A stretch of DNA of 64,000 nucleotides, from assembly GCA_963732385.1 (NCBI GenBank), contig CAVSZB010000007.1, positions 160,001 to 224,000 on the forward strand. Direction: 5' to 3'. This DNA comes from an uncultured bacterium (lineage in GTDB: Bacteria > Krumholzibacteriota > Krumholzibacteriia > LZORAL124-64-63). Below are positions 37,765 to 47,592 of the stretch, piece after piece. The notes under the pieces were generated by a model that saw only the letters and a program-made list of their open reading frames with translations, was not told the origin of the DNA and ran no database searches. Numbering within the stretch: position 1 is the first letter of the stretch; every line of letters begins with the position of its first letter. Position numbers and translations under genes: made by a program.

Positions 37765-38592
37765 ATGGAATTCTGCTTTCTCGACGCCTGGCACGACTTC
37801 CTCCCGCGCGAGGGGGGGCACGTGGTGGCGATCTGCGGCGGGGGCGGCAAGACGTTGATGCTGGCGGCGGCCGCGGCCGCGCTGCGGTCGTCCGGGACGC
37901 CGGTCGCGGTGACCACCACCACGCGCACCGAGCCGCTCACCTGGCCGGGGCTGCGGGTGGCCCCGTGGGCGGAGGTGGTGCGAGGCGCGCTGCGGGACGA
38001 GCCGCTGCTGTTCGTGCAGGGCGGAGAATTCGTGGACGGCAAGTGGCGCGGCCTCGCGCCGGCGGAGGCGGACGCTCTGGGCGGGTTGCTGCCGCGGCAC
38101 GTGGTTCTGGTCGAGGCGGACGGCAGCGCCGGGCTGCCGGTGAAAATCCACCGCGACGACGAGCCGGTCTGGCCGGCGCGCACCTCACTGGCGATCGTCG
38201 TGATGGGGCTCTCCGCCCTGGGGCGGCCGATCGGGACGGTGCTGCACCGGCACGGACGGCTGCCGGCGCCCGAGCTGCCGCGCGACCCGGAGGAAATCTG
38301 GAACTGGGAACTGATGTTCCGCCTGCTCCACGGCGCGGACGGCTATCTGGCGCGCGTGCCGGCCGGCGTGCCAGTGGTGGTGGCGCTGACCCAGCTGGCG
38401 ACCTGCGCCGACAGTGTCGGCCTGTTCGGCTTCTTGGCGCGTGTGATGGACGAGGCCGGCGTGCCGCTCGTGGTGCTGGGTGAACTGGCCGGCGAGCACC
38501 CTCACCTGCGGACCACCTGTCGCCTCGACGGCGCCGGAGCGTCGGCCGCGCCGCCGGGCGACGGGATGACGCCGCCGGTCGGCGCGCCGTGA
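37765..38592 (+). CDS. yqeC: Selenium-dependent hydroxylase accessory protein YqeC
   Basis: VVAICGGGGKT, VAVTTTT, VLVEADGSAGLPVK, EPVWP motifs; clustered with mocA-like, xdhC and yqeB. Confidence 0.85.
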   Translation: MEFCFLDAWHDFLPREGGHVVAICGGGGKTLMLAAAAAALRSSGTPVAVTTTTRTEPLTWPGLRVAPWAEVVRGALRDEPLLFVQGGEFVDGKWRGLAPAEADALGGLLPRHVVLVEADGSAGLPVKIHRDDEPVWPARTSLAIVVMGLSALGRPIGTVLHRHGRLPAPELPRDPEEIWNWELMFRLLHGADGYLARVPAGVPVVVALTQLATCADSVGLFGFLARVMDEAGVPLVVLGELAGEHPHLRTTCRLDGAGASAAPPGDGMTPPVGAP

Positions 38593-39230
38593 GCGCGCGC
38601 GGCGATCAGGGCGTCATTCTGGCGCGGGGCGAGTCGCGGCGCATGGGGCGGCCGAAGGGACTCTGCCCGTCGGGTCTGCCGGGGTTGAGCTGTCTCCAGG
38701 CCGTTGCCGACCTCTACGCCGCGGCCGGGTGGCCGCTGGCGGTGGTGACTACCGCGTCGTTGGCCGAGCTTTACCGCCCCCTGCTGCCCGACGGTCCGCC
38801 CGTGTCCTGGATCACGTGCTCCGGGGGGGGCGACACGGCGTTATCGGTCGTGGCGGCGCTCGAGGCGTTGGGCGAAACGGCGACGCATTTCTGGCTGCAC
38901 CCGGTCGATCTGCCACAGGTCGCGCCGGAAACGCTGGCGTGGCTGGCGGCGGCGTCGCGGCAGGCGCCGGGCTGCGTGCTGGTGCCGGAGCACGCGGGCG
39001 TGCCGGGACATCCGGTGGTGCTGCCGACGACGCCGTTCCTGTCGTTGTGCGGGACGCGCCCCGACGGTCCGATGCGGCCCCTGCTGCTCGCCGCCGCGCG
39101 CGGGGAGGGTCTGGCGCGGGCGCCGCTGCGCAGCGTGCCGGTGGCCGACCCCGGTGTCATTGCCGACCGCGACACACCAGGGGATCAGGGGACGGACGCG
39201 CTGATTCCGTTCGACGAGGGGGACCGATGA
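38589..39230 (+). CDS. mocA: Molybdenum cofactor nucleotidyltransferase (MocA/YgfJ-like)
   Basis: VILARGESRRMGRPK, HPVDLP, GHPVV, DRDTPGD motifs; GTGA overlap with yqeC. Confidence 0.72.
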   Translation: MSARGDQGVILARGESRRMGRPKGLCPSGLPGLSCLQAVADLYAAAGWPLAVVTTASLAELYRPLLPDGPPVSWITCSGGGDTALSVVAALEALGETATHFWLHPVDLPQVAPETLAWLAAASRQAPGCVLVPEHAGVPGHPVVLPTTPFLSLCGTRPDGPMRPLLLAAARGEGLARAPLRSVPVADPGVIADRDTPGDQGTDALIPFDEGDR

Positions 39231-40108
39231 AAGAGTTGTATGCGTTGCTGGCCGACATGACAGCCCGCGGCGAGGGGGGCGCGGTGGCGACCGTGATCCG
39301 CACCGATCGCTCGGCGCCGCGCCACGAGGGGAGCAAACTCATCCTGCGCGGCGACGGCACGCTGGTCGGCAGCGTCGGCGGCGGCGGACTCGAGGCGCTC
39401 GTCGTCACGGCGGCACGGGAGGCGATGGCGGATGGCAAGTGCCGGCATCTGCGCTTCGACCTGAGCGGGGAGCTGTCGGCCTGCGGGGGCGAGGTGGAGG
39501 TGTTCGTGGAGCCGCTCGTGGAACAGCCCCCGTGCTGGATCTTCGGTGCCGGACACGTGGGGCGGGCGGTGGCCCTTCTCGGGCGCGACCTGCCGTTCAG
39601 CTTCACGGTGGTGGATGACCGCGCCGATCTGCTGGCCGATCTCGCGCCGGCGCGAGGGTTGGCCGCGACCCCGGCCGATCTGGCCACCCACCTGCACCCC
39701 ACGCCGCGCACGCTGGTCCTGTGTGCCACCCGTGGCCATCGGCTCGACGAGGAGTTTCTCGAGGCGCTGTTTGCGCTCGAGCGGGACGCCGGCGTGGAAG
39801 CCGCCTGGGTCGGCGTGATCGGCAGCCGGTCCAAGGCGGCGCAGTTGCGACGGCGTTTTACCGCCGACGTTCGCTGCGCGGAGCGCTGGCCCCGCGTGGT
39901 CGTGCCGGTGGGGCTGGCGATCGGCGCTGAGACTCCGGCGGAACTGGCGTTGAGCATCCTGGCGGAGTTGCTCGCGGTAACGCGAGGCGTGCCGTGGCTG
40001 AGTGACCTCGCGGGTCGTCCGCTCGGCATCTACCACCAGAGCCGGCGCCCCGTGCCGTCGGCGGGAGCTCCGGGCGAGCCGTCCGACGCGGCAGGGACGA
40101 CGCAGTGA
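39227..40108 (+). CDS. xdhC: XdhC/CoxI family xanthine dehydrogenase maturation factor
   Basis: SAPRHEGSK, GSVGGG.LE, CGGEVEVFVE, FGAGHVG, TRGH, GVIGSRSK, PVGLAIGAETPAELALSILAE motifs. Confidence 0.9.
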   Translation: MKELYALLADMTARGEGGAVATVIRTDRSAPRHEGSKLILRGDGTLVGSVGGGGLEALVVTAAREAMADGKCRHLRFDLSGELSACGGEVEVFVEPLVEQPPCWIFGAGHVGRAVALLGRDLPFSFTVVDDRADLLADLAPARGLAATPADLATHLHPTPRTLVLCATRGHRLDEEFLEALFALERDAGVEAAWVGVIGSRSKAAQLRRRFTADVRCAERWPRVVVPVGLAIGAETPAELALSILAELLAVTRGVPWLSDLAGRPLGIYHQSRRPVPSAGAPGEPSDAAGTTQ

Positions 40109-40923
40109 ACCGGTCGGGCCCGGGTGCCGGGGGGATCTGGATCCAGGGTGCCGGCGAGCTGGCCAGCGGGGTGGCGGTGCGGCTGTGGCGCCGCGGGTAT
40201 CGCGTCGTGATGGCGGAAGAAGCCGCGCCGCGAGCCGTGCGGCGGCTGGTCTCCTTCGCCGAGGCGGTGTACGCTGGGATGCAGGACGTGGAAGAGGTGC
40301 CTGGCGTTCTCGTCGAACGCGCCGACGCGTTCGACGGCGCGGGGGGGCCGGTCCTGGTCGTGGTCGATCCGGCGGGGAAGCAGCTGCGATGTCTGTGTCC
40401 GGCTGTCGTTGTCGATGCCCGTATGACCAAGCGCCCTCCCCTGCCCCTGCCGGAAGGCCCGTGGCCGGTCATCGGTCTGGGCCCCGGCTTTCGCTGCGGG
40501 AGCGAGGCGAGGTTCGTGGTGGAGACACAGCGGGGCCCACAGCTGGGGGCGCTGCTGGCCGAGGGGGAGGCCGCCCCCAACAGCGGCGTGCCGGGCCTGG
40601 TCGGCGGAGAGGATCGGCGACGACTGCTGCGTGCACCGGCCGCGGGGCGTTGCGTTTCGCGGTTCCGGATCGGTGATCTGGTGGCTGCTCAGGAGTGCGT
40701 GGGGGAGGTCGATGGCGTGCCGGTGATAAGCCGTCTGGACGGCCGCCTGCGAGGTCTGATCCACCCGGAGGTGGAACTTTCTGTGGGGGAAAAGGTTGGC
40801 GATGTGGATCCCCGCGGTCTCGATGTCGATCCAACGCGGATCTCGGATAAGGCACTGGCGGTGGGGGGAGGCGTGCTGCTGGCGCTCGCGCGGCTGGGTT
40901 TTGAGCCGGCCGTTGGAGGTTGA
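40105..40923 (+). CDS. yqeB: Selenium-dependent molybdenum hydroxylase system protein YqeB
   Basis: GAGELASGVA, AVRRLVSFAEAV, VVDARMTKR, IGLGPGF, VETQRG, KVGDVDPR, ISDKALAVGGGVL motifs. Confidence 0.9.
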   Translation: MNRSGPGAGGIWIQGAGELASGVAVRLWRRGYRVVMAEEAAPRAVRRLVSFAEAVYAGMQDVEEVPGVLVERADAFDGAGGPVLVVVDPAGKQLRCLCPAVVVDARMTKRPPLPLPEGPWPVIGLGPGFRCGSEARFVVETQRGPQLGALLAEGEAAPNSGVPGLVGGEDRRRLLRAPAAGRCVSRFRIGDLVAAQECVGEVDGVPVISRLDGRLRGLIHPEVELSVGEKVGDVDPRGLDVDPTRISDKALAVGGGVLLALARLGFEPAVGG

Positions 40924-40927
40924 CCGA

Positions 40928-40957
40928 TTGACAGAAGATCCGCACTCTGACTATGTT
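40928..40957 (+). promoter_or_regulatory. Sigma70-type promoter of the TPR gene
   Basis: TTGACA-18 nt-TATGTT. It overlaps the track's ATG at 40953, which supports the later TTG start at 41031. Confidence 0.55.
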
Positions 40958-41030
40958 ACACGTGAATCGCGCCCGATCCGCACCGGTGCCGGTCGTGGCG
41001 GGTGTCTCCCGACAGCCCGGAGGTTCCGCT

Positions 41031-42305
41031 TTGCGCAGGCTTGAGACTGTTTTCCGTGTTCGTGGTGTTCTGCCGCTGCTGTGCGTGCTGTTCTCCGTCG
41101 CCGCGCCGATCCTGCTGACCGGCGATGTTGCGCGGGCCGCCTGCAGCGAGTCCCATCAGCAGGAGGCGGAGCTGGCCTACGGAACCGCCAGCGAGTTCCT
41201 CACCGCCGGCAGGTGGATTGCTGCCATTCCCTCCCTGGAGTCGGCACAGAGCATCTGCCCGGAACACCTGAAGACGATCGAGGCGCTGGCCATGGCCTAC
41301 CGCGAGGCCGGCACCGCCACGAAGGCTCGCGCCGACTCCCTGAAGACAGCCGGGGCGGTCTCTGTCGCCGCCGAGGTCGATGCACGCGCCCAGGCTTTCT
41401 ACGAGAAATCGAAGGCCGCCTACGTACGGCTCATCGCGCAGCGCGGCAAAGAGATCGAGGCGGAGGATCTCGTCGGGCAAGGGCTGACACTCGTACGGAT
41501 GAAGGACTACCCTGGGGCGCGAGCGTCGTTTCTCAAGGCCCGGGCTCTGGCACCGGACGACTGCCAGATCCTGTTCAACCTGGGGATGATGCACTATTCC
41601 GTGCAGGATTTCCGCGGCGCCGTGGCGGTCATGGAGGAGGGGCTGCAGGACTGTCCGGATCTCGCCGACAAAATCTATCCGCGTCTCGCCGACGCGGCCA
41701 AGAAAGCCGCGGACAAGGAGTCGAAGATCGGCAACACCGCTGATGCGGCTCAGTACAACGCCAAGTACCAGGAGTACGCCAAGGAGTCGGGCGGCGGCAC
41801 GACTTTTTCGCTCGCCGTGCAGAAGATGAAGACCGGTCTCTACGAGGAAGCGATCGTCCTCTGGCGGCAGATTCTGGCGGAGAACCCCGGCAAGCAAGCA
41901 GCGCGTCTGAATCTGGCCAAGTGTCTGCGCGCCCGGGGAGAGCATGAGCAGGCGGTAGCCGCGTATCAGCAGTTCGTTCAAACCGATCCGGGGAACGCGC
42001 GGGCTCTCGCGGAACTGATCGAGGAATTGACCCTGCTCAATCGCTGCACCGAGGCGCAGACAGTGGCGCAGGAGGCGGTTCGGCAGCTCACACCCAGGGG
42101 GCAGCAGCACCTCGGTTGGATCTACTACTACTGGGGCGACGCGCTTGAGTGTGGGGGCGATTTCTCCGCTGCCAAGGAGAAGTTCCGGCTTGCCAGCAAT
42201 TCCGGCGATCCGGAGGTCCTGAAGGTTTCGTCGCGCAAGATCGAGCGGGAGGACCAGCTGCTCGAGCGCGAGAAGAAGCAGAAGGAGCAGGCGGCAGGCG
42301 GCTGA
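41031..42305 (+). CDS. Exported tetratricopeptide-repeat protein
   Basis: GGAGG RBS 7 nt before TTG; signal peptide ending VARA; multiple TPR-like helical repeats; several cysteines. Confidence 0.8.
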   Translation: MRRLETVFRVRGVLPLLCVLFSVAAPILLTGDVARAACSESHQQEAELAYGTASEFLTAGRWIAAIPSLESAQSICPEHLKTIEALAMAYREAGTATKARADSLKTAGAVSVAAEVDARAQAFYEKSKAAYVRLIAQRGKEIEAEDLVGQGLTLVRMKDYPGARASFLKARALAPDDCQILFNLGMMHYSVQDFRGAVAVMEEGLQDCPDLADKIYPRLADAAKKAADKESKIGNTADAAQYNAKYQEYAKESGGGTTFSLAVQKMKTGLYEEAIVLWRQILAENPGKQAARLNLAKCLRARGEHEQAVAAYQQFVQTDPGNARALAELIEELTLLNRCTEAQTVAQEAVRQLTPRGQQHLGWIYYYWGDALECGGDFSAAKEKFRLASNSGDPEVLKVSSRKIEREDQLLEREKKQKEQAAGG

Positions 42306-42333
42306 GCCGCGGCCGCGGTGCTCTGATAACGGC

Positions 42334-42367
42334 CGCCCGCGGGCAGGTGTGCCCGCGGGCGCTTTTC
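42334..42367 (+). terminator. Probable intrinsic terminator / hairpin after the TPR gene
   Basis: CGCCCGCGGGCA-GGTG-TGCCCGCGGGCG followed by CTTTT. Confidence 0.55.
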
Positions 42368-42414
42368 GGTCGGCCCCAAGGAGGCGACCGGCCCGCCGGG
42401 GCCGGCACGGTGCG

Positions 42415-43566
42415 ATGTCCAGACTGGCCCTCTTGCCCACCTATCTCTTTGCGGAGATCGATACCGCGCGGCGCGCGGCGCTCGCCGCCGGACGCGACGT
42501 GGTCGATCTTGGCATCGGCGACCCCGACCGCCCCACGCCCGCCCCCCTCGTGGAGGCGATGGCCGCGGCCGTGCGGCGCGCGGTGAATCATCGCTATCCC
42601 GCCAACCCCGGGGGCACGGCGCTGCGGGAGGCGCTCGCCGGTTGGATGCAGCGGCGCCACGGCGTGACGGCCGACCCGGGCCGGGAGATCCTGGCGCTCA
42701 TCGGCAGCAAGGAGGGGCTGGGACACCTGCCGCTCGCCCTGCTGGAGGAGGGTGACGAAGCGCTGGTGCCTGATCCGGGCTACCCGGTCTACGGGCAGGC
42801 GACGTTGCTGGCCGGGGGGCGTCCGGTGCCATTCATGCTGAGGGCGGAACACGGCTTCCGTCCCGACTGGGACGAGCTCGAGGCCCTGGTTACGCCGCGG
42901 ACGCGGATCCTGTTCCTGAATTATCCCCACAACCCGACCGGCGCGACCGCCGATCCGGCGCTGCTCCGGCGCGCGGTGGCGTTCGGCGCGCGGCACGGGA
43001 TCGCGGTGGTCCAGGACGCGGCCTATCTCGAAGTGGCGTTCGGCGCCGCGCGGCCGGCCAGTCTCCTCGCGCACGCCGACCTGCGGCGCGACCGGGTGAT
43101 CGAACTGCACAGCTTTTCCAAGATGTTCAACATGACCGGCTGGCGGATCGGGTTCGCCGTCGGCAATGCCGGGCTGGTGCGCGATCTCGCGCGGGTGAAG
43201 GAGTCGCTCGACAGCGGTGTTTTCACCGCCGTGCAGGAGGCCGTGACGGCGGGGCTGGGCGAAATCTTCGACGGTCTGCTCACGGATGTTCTCGCCCCCT
43301 ATCCGCGGCGGCGCGCGCTGATCGTGGCGGCGCTGGAGGCCGCGGGCGTGGAGGTGTTCGCCACCGACGCCACCTTCTATGTCTGGGCGCGGGTGCCTGG
43401 CGGTGGATCCTCGCTGGATTTCTGCCGGAGACTGCTCGACGGACCGGGGGTCGTGGTCACGCCCGGCGTCGGCTTCGGACCGGCGGGCGAGGGGTGGTTC
43501 CGCATCTCCCTCACGGCGCCCGACGAACGGATCGCCGAGGGCGCTCAGCGGTTGCGGAGGCTTTGA
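42415..43566 (+). CDS. dapL: Class I/II PLP-dependent aminotransferase, LL-diaminopimelate aminotransferase-like
   Basis: RLALLPTYLFAEID, DLGIGDPD, LIGSKEGL, PDPGYPVY, LNYPHNPTG, DAAY, SFSKMFNMTGWRIG motifs; substrate specificity inferred. Confidence 0.78.
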   Translation: MSRLALLPTYLFAEIDTARRAALAAGRDVVDLGIGDPDRPTPAPLVEAMAAAVRRAVNHRYPANPGGTALREALAGWMQRRHGVTADPGREILALIGSKEGLGHLPLALLEEGDEALVPDPGYPVYGQATLLAGGRPVPFMLRAEHGFRPDWDELEALVTPRTRILFLNYPHNPTGATADPALLRRAVAFGARHGIAVVQDAAYLEVAFGAARPASLLAHADLRRDRVIELHSFSKMFNMTGWRIGFAVGNAGLVRDLARVKESLDSGVFTAVQEAVTAGLGEIFDGLLTDVLAPYPRRRALIVAALEAAGVEVFATDATFYVWARVPGGGSSLDFCRRLLDGPGVVVTPGVGFGPAGEGWFRISLTAPDERIAEGAQRLRRL

Positions 43567-43958
43567 TGGACCGCATCACGATCAGTGGAATCGATGTCTA
43601 CGCTCATCACGGCGTTCATCCGGCGGAGCGTGAACTGGGGCAGCGGTTCGTCGTGGACGTGGAGTTATGGACCGACCTCGAGGCGGTTGCCCGCTCCGAT
43701 TCGCTGCGTAGCGCCCTCGATTACACGGCCGTGCACCGTCGGGTCTGCGAGGTGGTGGCCGGTACATCCTTCCATCTGATTGAGGCTCTGGCCTGGCGAT
43801 TGTGCCAGGAATTGCTGACCGGGTTTCCGCTGGAGCGGGTGGCGGTCACCGTGCAGAAGCCGAATCCGCCGATCGCCAATTTTCTCGGCCGCGTGGCAGT
43901 GACGCTCGAGCGCGGACGGGAAACGCTCGCGGCGGACGGCGCGGCAGGCGCGACGTGA
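43566..43958 (+). CDS. folB: Dihydroneopterin aldolase
   Basis: YAHHGVHPAERELGQRF, LDY, LIEALA, VQKP motifs. Confidence 0.93.
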   Translation: MDRITISGIDVYAHHGVHPAERELGQRFVVDVELWTDLEAVARSDSLRSALDYTAVHRRVCEVVAGTSFHLIEALAWRLCQELLTGFPLERVAVTVQKPNPPIANFLGRVAVTLERGRETLAADGAAGAT

Positions 43959-44512
43959 TCCCCGCCGCGGAGCCGGATCCGGTGGTGGAAATCGAGGCGG
44001 TCTACCTCGGGCTCGGCAGCAACCAGGGGGATCGTCTGGGACATCTGCGTGATGCCGTCGCCGCGCTCAGGCGCCATCCCGCCCTCGAAGTGACGGCCGT
44101 CAGTCCGGTGTACGAGACGGAGTACGTCGGACCGGGGGGGCCGCAGGACCTCTACCTCAATGCCTGCGTCGCCCTGCGCACGGCGCTTGCGCCGACGGTA
44201 CTGCTGGCCCTGCTGAAGGAATTGGAAGCGCGGCACGGGCGGCTGCCCGGCGGCCATCTGCAACCGCGGGCGCTCGACCTCGACATCCTGGTCCACGGCG
44301 CCAGGGTCGTCGATGGTCCGCTGCTCACGCTGCCGCACCCGCGCCTGCGCCAGCGCGCGTTCGTTCTGGCGCCCCTGAGGGAAATCGCTCCCGATCTGAG
44401 GCTGCCTGATTCGGGCGAGACAGTCACCGCCGCTTGTGCAAGAATCCGTGCCCGCAGCGGGCCCGCGGTGCGTCGGATAGGTGATCTCGGGTCGCCGGGG
44501 GGGGATCAATGA
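43955..44512 (+). CDS. folK: 2-amino-4-hydroxy-6-hydroxymethyldihydropteridine diphosphokinase
   Basis: YLGLGSNQGDR, SPVYET, YLNA, PRALDLDIL, LPHPRL..RAFVL.PL motifs. Confidence 0.93.
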   Translation: MIPAAEPDPVVEIEAVYLGLGSNQGDRLGHLRDAVAALRRHPALEVTAVSPVYETEYVGPGGPQDLYLNACVALRTALAPTVLLALLKELEARHGRLPGGHLQPRALDLDILVHGARVVDGPLLTLPHPRLRQRAFVLAPLREIAPDLRLPDSGETVTAACARIRARSGPAVRRIGDLGSPGGDQ

Positions 44513-45150
44513 GCGGCGTGCCTCCGTGGCGCTACATCGTGGTGGAAGGGGTCATCGGGGTCGGCAAGACGAGCTTGTCGAAGCTGTTGTCGGCTCGTCT
44601 GGGTTCGCGGCTGAATCTCGAGGTCGTGGAGGAAAACCCGTTCCTGGGTCGCTTCTATGCCGACCGCGCCGCCTATGCGTTCCAGACCCAGATCTTTTTC
44701 CTGCTCAGCCGCTACCGGCAGCAGCAGCAACTGTTCCAGAGCGAACTGTTCCGTGACACGGTCGTTTCTGATTACCTTTTCGCCAAGGATCGCATTTTCG
44801 CGAATCTCAACCTGAGCGATGATGAACTGGTCCTGTACGACCAGCTCGCGAACATTCTGGAGCAGCGCATCCTCAAGCCGGATCTGGTCATCTACCTGCA
44901 GGCGCGCACCCAGATCCTGATGGAGCGGATCCGCTGGCGCGGTCGCGCCTTTGAACGCGAGATGTCTCCCGAGTACATCGAGTCGCTCAACGGTGCCTAC
45001 AACTATTTCTTCCATCATTATCGTGAGACACCCCTGCTGGTGGTCAATACCAACGAACTGGACTTCGTCAACTCCGCGCGCGACTTCGACCAGCTCTACG
45101 AACAGCTCCTGGAGCCGTTCCAGGGCGCGCGCTTCTTCGCGCCGGCCTGA
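44509..45150 (+). CDS. Deoxynucleoside kinase (dAK/dGK family)
   Basis: VEGVIGVGKTS P-loop, ENPFL..FY, FQTQIFFLLSRY, PDLVIYL motifs; usual folK-dNK-panB context. Confidence 0.92.
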   Translation: MSGVPPWRYIVVEGVIGVGKTSLSKLLSARLGSRLNLEVVEENPFLGRFYADRAAYAFQTQIFFLLSRYRQQQQLFQSELFRDTVVSDYLFAKDRIFANLNLSDDELVLYDQLANILEQRILKPDLVIYLQARTQILMERIRWRGRAFEREMSPEYIESLNGAYNYFFHHYRETPLLVVNTNELDFVNSARDFDQLYEQLLEPFQGARFFAPA

Positions 45151-45176
45151 GGCGGCGCGGGTCGGAAGGGGAGGCC

Positions 45177-46085
45177 ATGAAGGGCCCGCAGACCCTCGAG
45201 GTGTTCGCCGCCCGCAAGCGACGCGGTGAGAAGCTGGTGCTGCTGACCGCCTACGACCTCGCCACGGCGCGCATCGCGCAGGAGGGGGGGGTGGACGCGC
45301 TGCTGGTCGGTGATTCCCTCGGCATGGTGGTGCTCGGCCACGATACGACCCTTCCGGTGACAATCGAGGAGATGCTTCATCACAGCCGCGCCGTGGCGCG
45401 GGCCCGCCCCGATCTTCCGATCATCGTCGACATGCCGTACGGCAGCTTCCACCTGACGCCTCAGGACGCCGTGCGAGATGCCCTGCGCCTGGTCAAGGAG
45501 GGGGGCGCCGTCGCGGTCAAGATCGAAGGGGGACGCGTTCGCGAAGGGGTCCTCGCCGCGCTGATCGCGGCCGAGATCCCGGTGATGGGGCACCTCGGTC
45601 TGACCCCGCAGTCGGTGCATCGGTTCGGCGGCTACAAAGTGCAGGGACGGGGCGCGGCCGCGGCGGCGCGCCTGCTCGAAGAGGCGCGTTTTCTCGAGGC
45701 GGCCGGCTGCTTCGCGGTGGTGCTCGAATGCATCCCGGCGCCGCTGGCGCGCCGGGTGACGGCGGCCCTGGGCATCCCCACGATAGGCATCGGCGCCGGC
45801 CCCGACTGTGACGGCCAGGTGCTGGTCTTCCACGACCTGCTGGGCCTGACGCCGGGCGTGTTGCCGACCTTCGTCAAGCGCTACGCCGATCTGGGCGGTG
45901 TCGCCGCGGAAGCGGTGCGGCGCTGGGCCGGCGACGTGCGCGCGGGCACCTTCCCCGGGCCCGAACACTCGTTCGCCGACATCCCGGCGAAGCCGTCGAC
46001 GGCGGCCCGGCCCCGCGCGCCCGCGCGGCGCCCGCGCGCCACCGCCGCGCGCGCGGCTCGCGGGCGCCGGCGCGCCAAGGACTGA
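45177..46085 (+). CDS. panB: 3-methyl-2-oxobutanoate hydroxymethyltransferase
   Basis: LTAYD, LVGDSLGM, VKIEGG, GHLGLTPQ, TIGIGAG..CDGQVLV motifs. Confidence 0.96.
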   Translation: MKGPQTLEVFAARKRRGEKLVLLTAYDLATARIAQEGGVDALLVGDSLGMVVLGHDTTLPVTIEEMLHHSRAVARARPDLPIIVDMPYGSFHLTPQDAVRDALRLVKEGGAVAVKIEGGRVREGVLAALIAAEIPVMGHLGLTPQSVHRFGGYKVQGRGAAAAARLLEEARFLEAAGCFAVVLECIPAPLARRVTAALGIPTIGIGAGPDCDGQVLVFHDLLGLTPGVLPTFVKRYADLGGVAAEAVRRWAGDVRAGTFPGPEHSFADIPAKPSTAARPRAPARRPRATAARAARGRRRAKD

Positions 46086-46091
46086 GCGGAC

Positions 46092-46970
46092 ATGGAACTC
46101 CTGCGCACCCGGGCCGATCTGGCGCGTCTGGCTCCGCTGCGGGAGCGGGGGGCGCTCGCGTTCGTGCCGACCATGGGCGCGCTGCACGCCGGACACCTGA
46201 GCCTCGTGCGCGCCGCCGCCGCGCACGGTGCCGTAGTGGTTTCGATCTTTGTCAATCCGACCCAGTTCGGACCGGGCGAGGATCTGGCCGCGTATCCGCG
46301 CGATCTGGAAGCCGACCTTGCCCTGCTCGCGCCGCTGGACGTGGCGGCGGTTTTCGCCCCGATTGCCGGCGAGATGTACGGGCAATCCGCCGGGGTGACC
46401 GTGCGGCCGGGACCACGGGCGGCGGCGCTGTGCGGCGCGGCGCGGCCGGGGCATTTCGCGGGCGTGCTGACAGTCGTCGCCAAACTTTTCCACCTGCTGC
46501 GTCCCGAGGTGGCCCTCTTCGGGCGCAAGGACGCACAGCAGTGCCTGGTGATCGACGAAATGGTGCGTGATCTCGACTTTCCGGTGCGTCTGGTGGACGG
46601 GCCGACTGTGCGCGAGCCGGACGGCGTGGCGATGTCGTCGCGCAACCGCTATCTCTCCGGACCCGACCGCGACCGCGCGGCCTGCCTCTGGCGCGGGCTG
46701 CAGGCGGCGCGCTCCCGGCTGATGGCGGGCGAGCGGGACCGGGCCACGCTGGAGGCGGCGCTGCGCGGTCCGCTGGCTGCGGTGGACGCCGTCGAATATG
46801 CCGAACTGCGCACGCTGCCCGACCTGGAGCGGGCGGACGTGGCGGAGGGGCGCATGCTGCTGGCGGTCGCCGCGCGCGTAGGGTCGACGCGGCTGATCGA
46901 CAATCTCGCCCTAAGGTTGGAACCGTCGGGCGTGGCGGAGTGCGCGTTGCTCGTGGACAGCCCGGACTGA
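46092..46970 (+). CDS. panC: Pantoate--beta-alanine ligase
   Basis: VPTMGALHAGH, SIFVNPTQF, RPGHFAGV, FGRKDAQQ, AMSSRN, TRLIDN motifs. Confidence 0.96.
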   Translation: MELLRTRADLARLAPLRERGALAFVPTMGALHAGHLSLVRAAAAHGAVVVSIFVNPTQFGPGEDLAAYPRDLEADLALLAPLDVAAVFAPIAGEMYGQSAGVTVRPGPRAAALCGAARPGHFAGVLTVVAKLFHLLRPEVALFGRKDAQQCLVIDEMVRDLDFPVRLVDGPTVREPDGVAMSSRNRYLSGPDRDRAACLWRGLQAARSRLMAGERDRATLEAALRGPLAAVDAVEYAELRTLPDLERADVAEGRMLLAVAARVGSTRLIDNLALRLEPSGVAECALLVDSPD

Positions 46971-46988
46971 CGCGCGGGCGCAGGAAGG

Positions 46989-47486
46989 ATGAGCGTGGAC
47001 CGGCTGTGCACCCCCTGGAGGTACGCCTACGTGAGCGGTCAGTTGAAGCAGGAGGGGTGTGTGTTCTGCACCCGACTGGGCGGGGATGACGAGACGCACT
47101 TTGTCCTGTACCGCGGACATAACTGGTATGTCATCCTCAATATCTACCCCTACAACAACGGGCATCTCCTGCTGGTTCTGAATCGGCACGCCGGAGGGCT
47201 CACGGACCTCGTGGCCGCGGAACTGACGGAGATGGGCGGTCTGCTGGCGGCGATGGAGCGGTCGTTGCGGCGGGTCTACGCCCCGCAGGGGATCAATTGC
47301 GGGTATAACGCGGGGGCGAGCGCCGGAGCCGGGGTGCCTGATCACTTCCATCTGCACATGCTCCCGCGCTGGGCCGGAGACACCAGTTTCATGACTACCG
47401 TGGGCGAGACACGCGTCATGCCCGAGGCCCTGCCGATGAGTTGGGAGCGCCTGCGTCCCGTGCTGGCGGAGGAGGTTCTCCGTTGA
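46989..47486 (+). CDS. HIT family nucleotide hydrolase (Ap4A phosphorylase-like)
   Basis: PWR..YV, CVFC, LNIYPYNNGHL and histidine triad HFHLH. Confidence 0.9.
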   Translation: MSVDRLCTPWRYAYVSGQLKQEGCVFCTRLGGDDETHFVLYRGHNWYVILNIYPYNNGHLLLVLNRHAGGLTDLVAAELTEMGGLLAAMERSLRRVYAPQGINCGYNAGASAGAGVPDHFHLHMLPRWAGDTSFMTTVGETRVMPEALPMSWERLRPVLAEEVLR

Positions 47487-47592
47487 GGGCGGCGGCGCCG
47501 GAGAATCTGGTTGGTCGCCTCTCGTTCCCGGCCTATATTGACGCCCGGAACGGGGTTCTCAGGCGCGGGCGGGGGCCCGGGAGCGGGACGGG

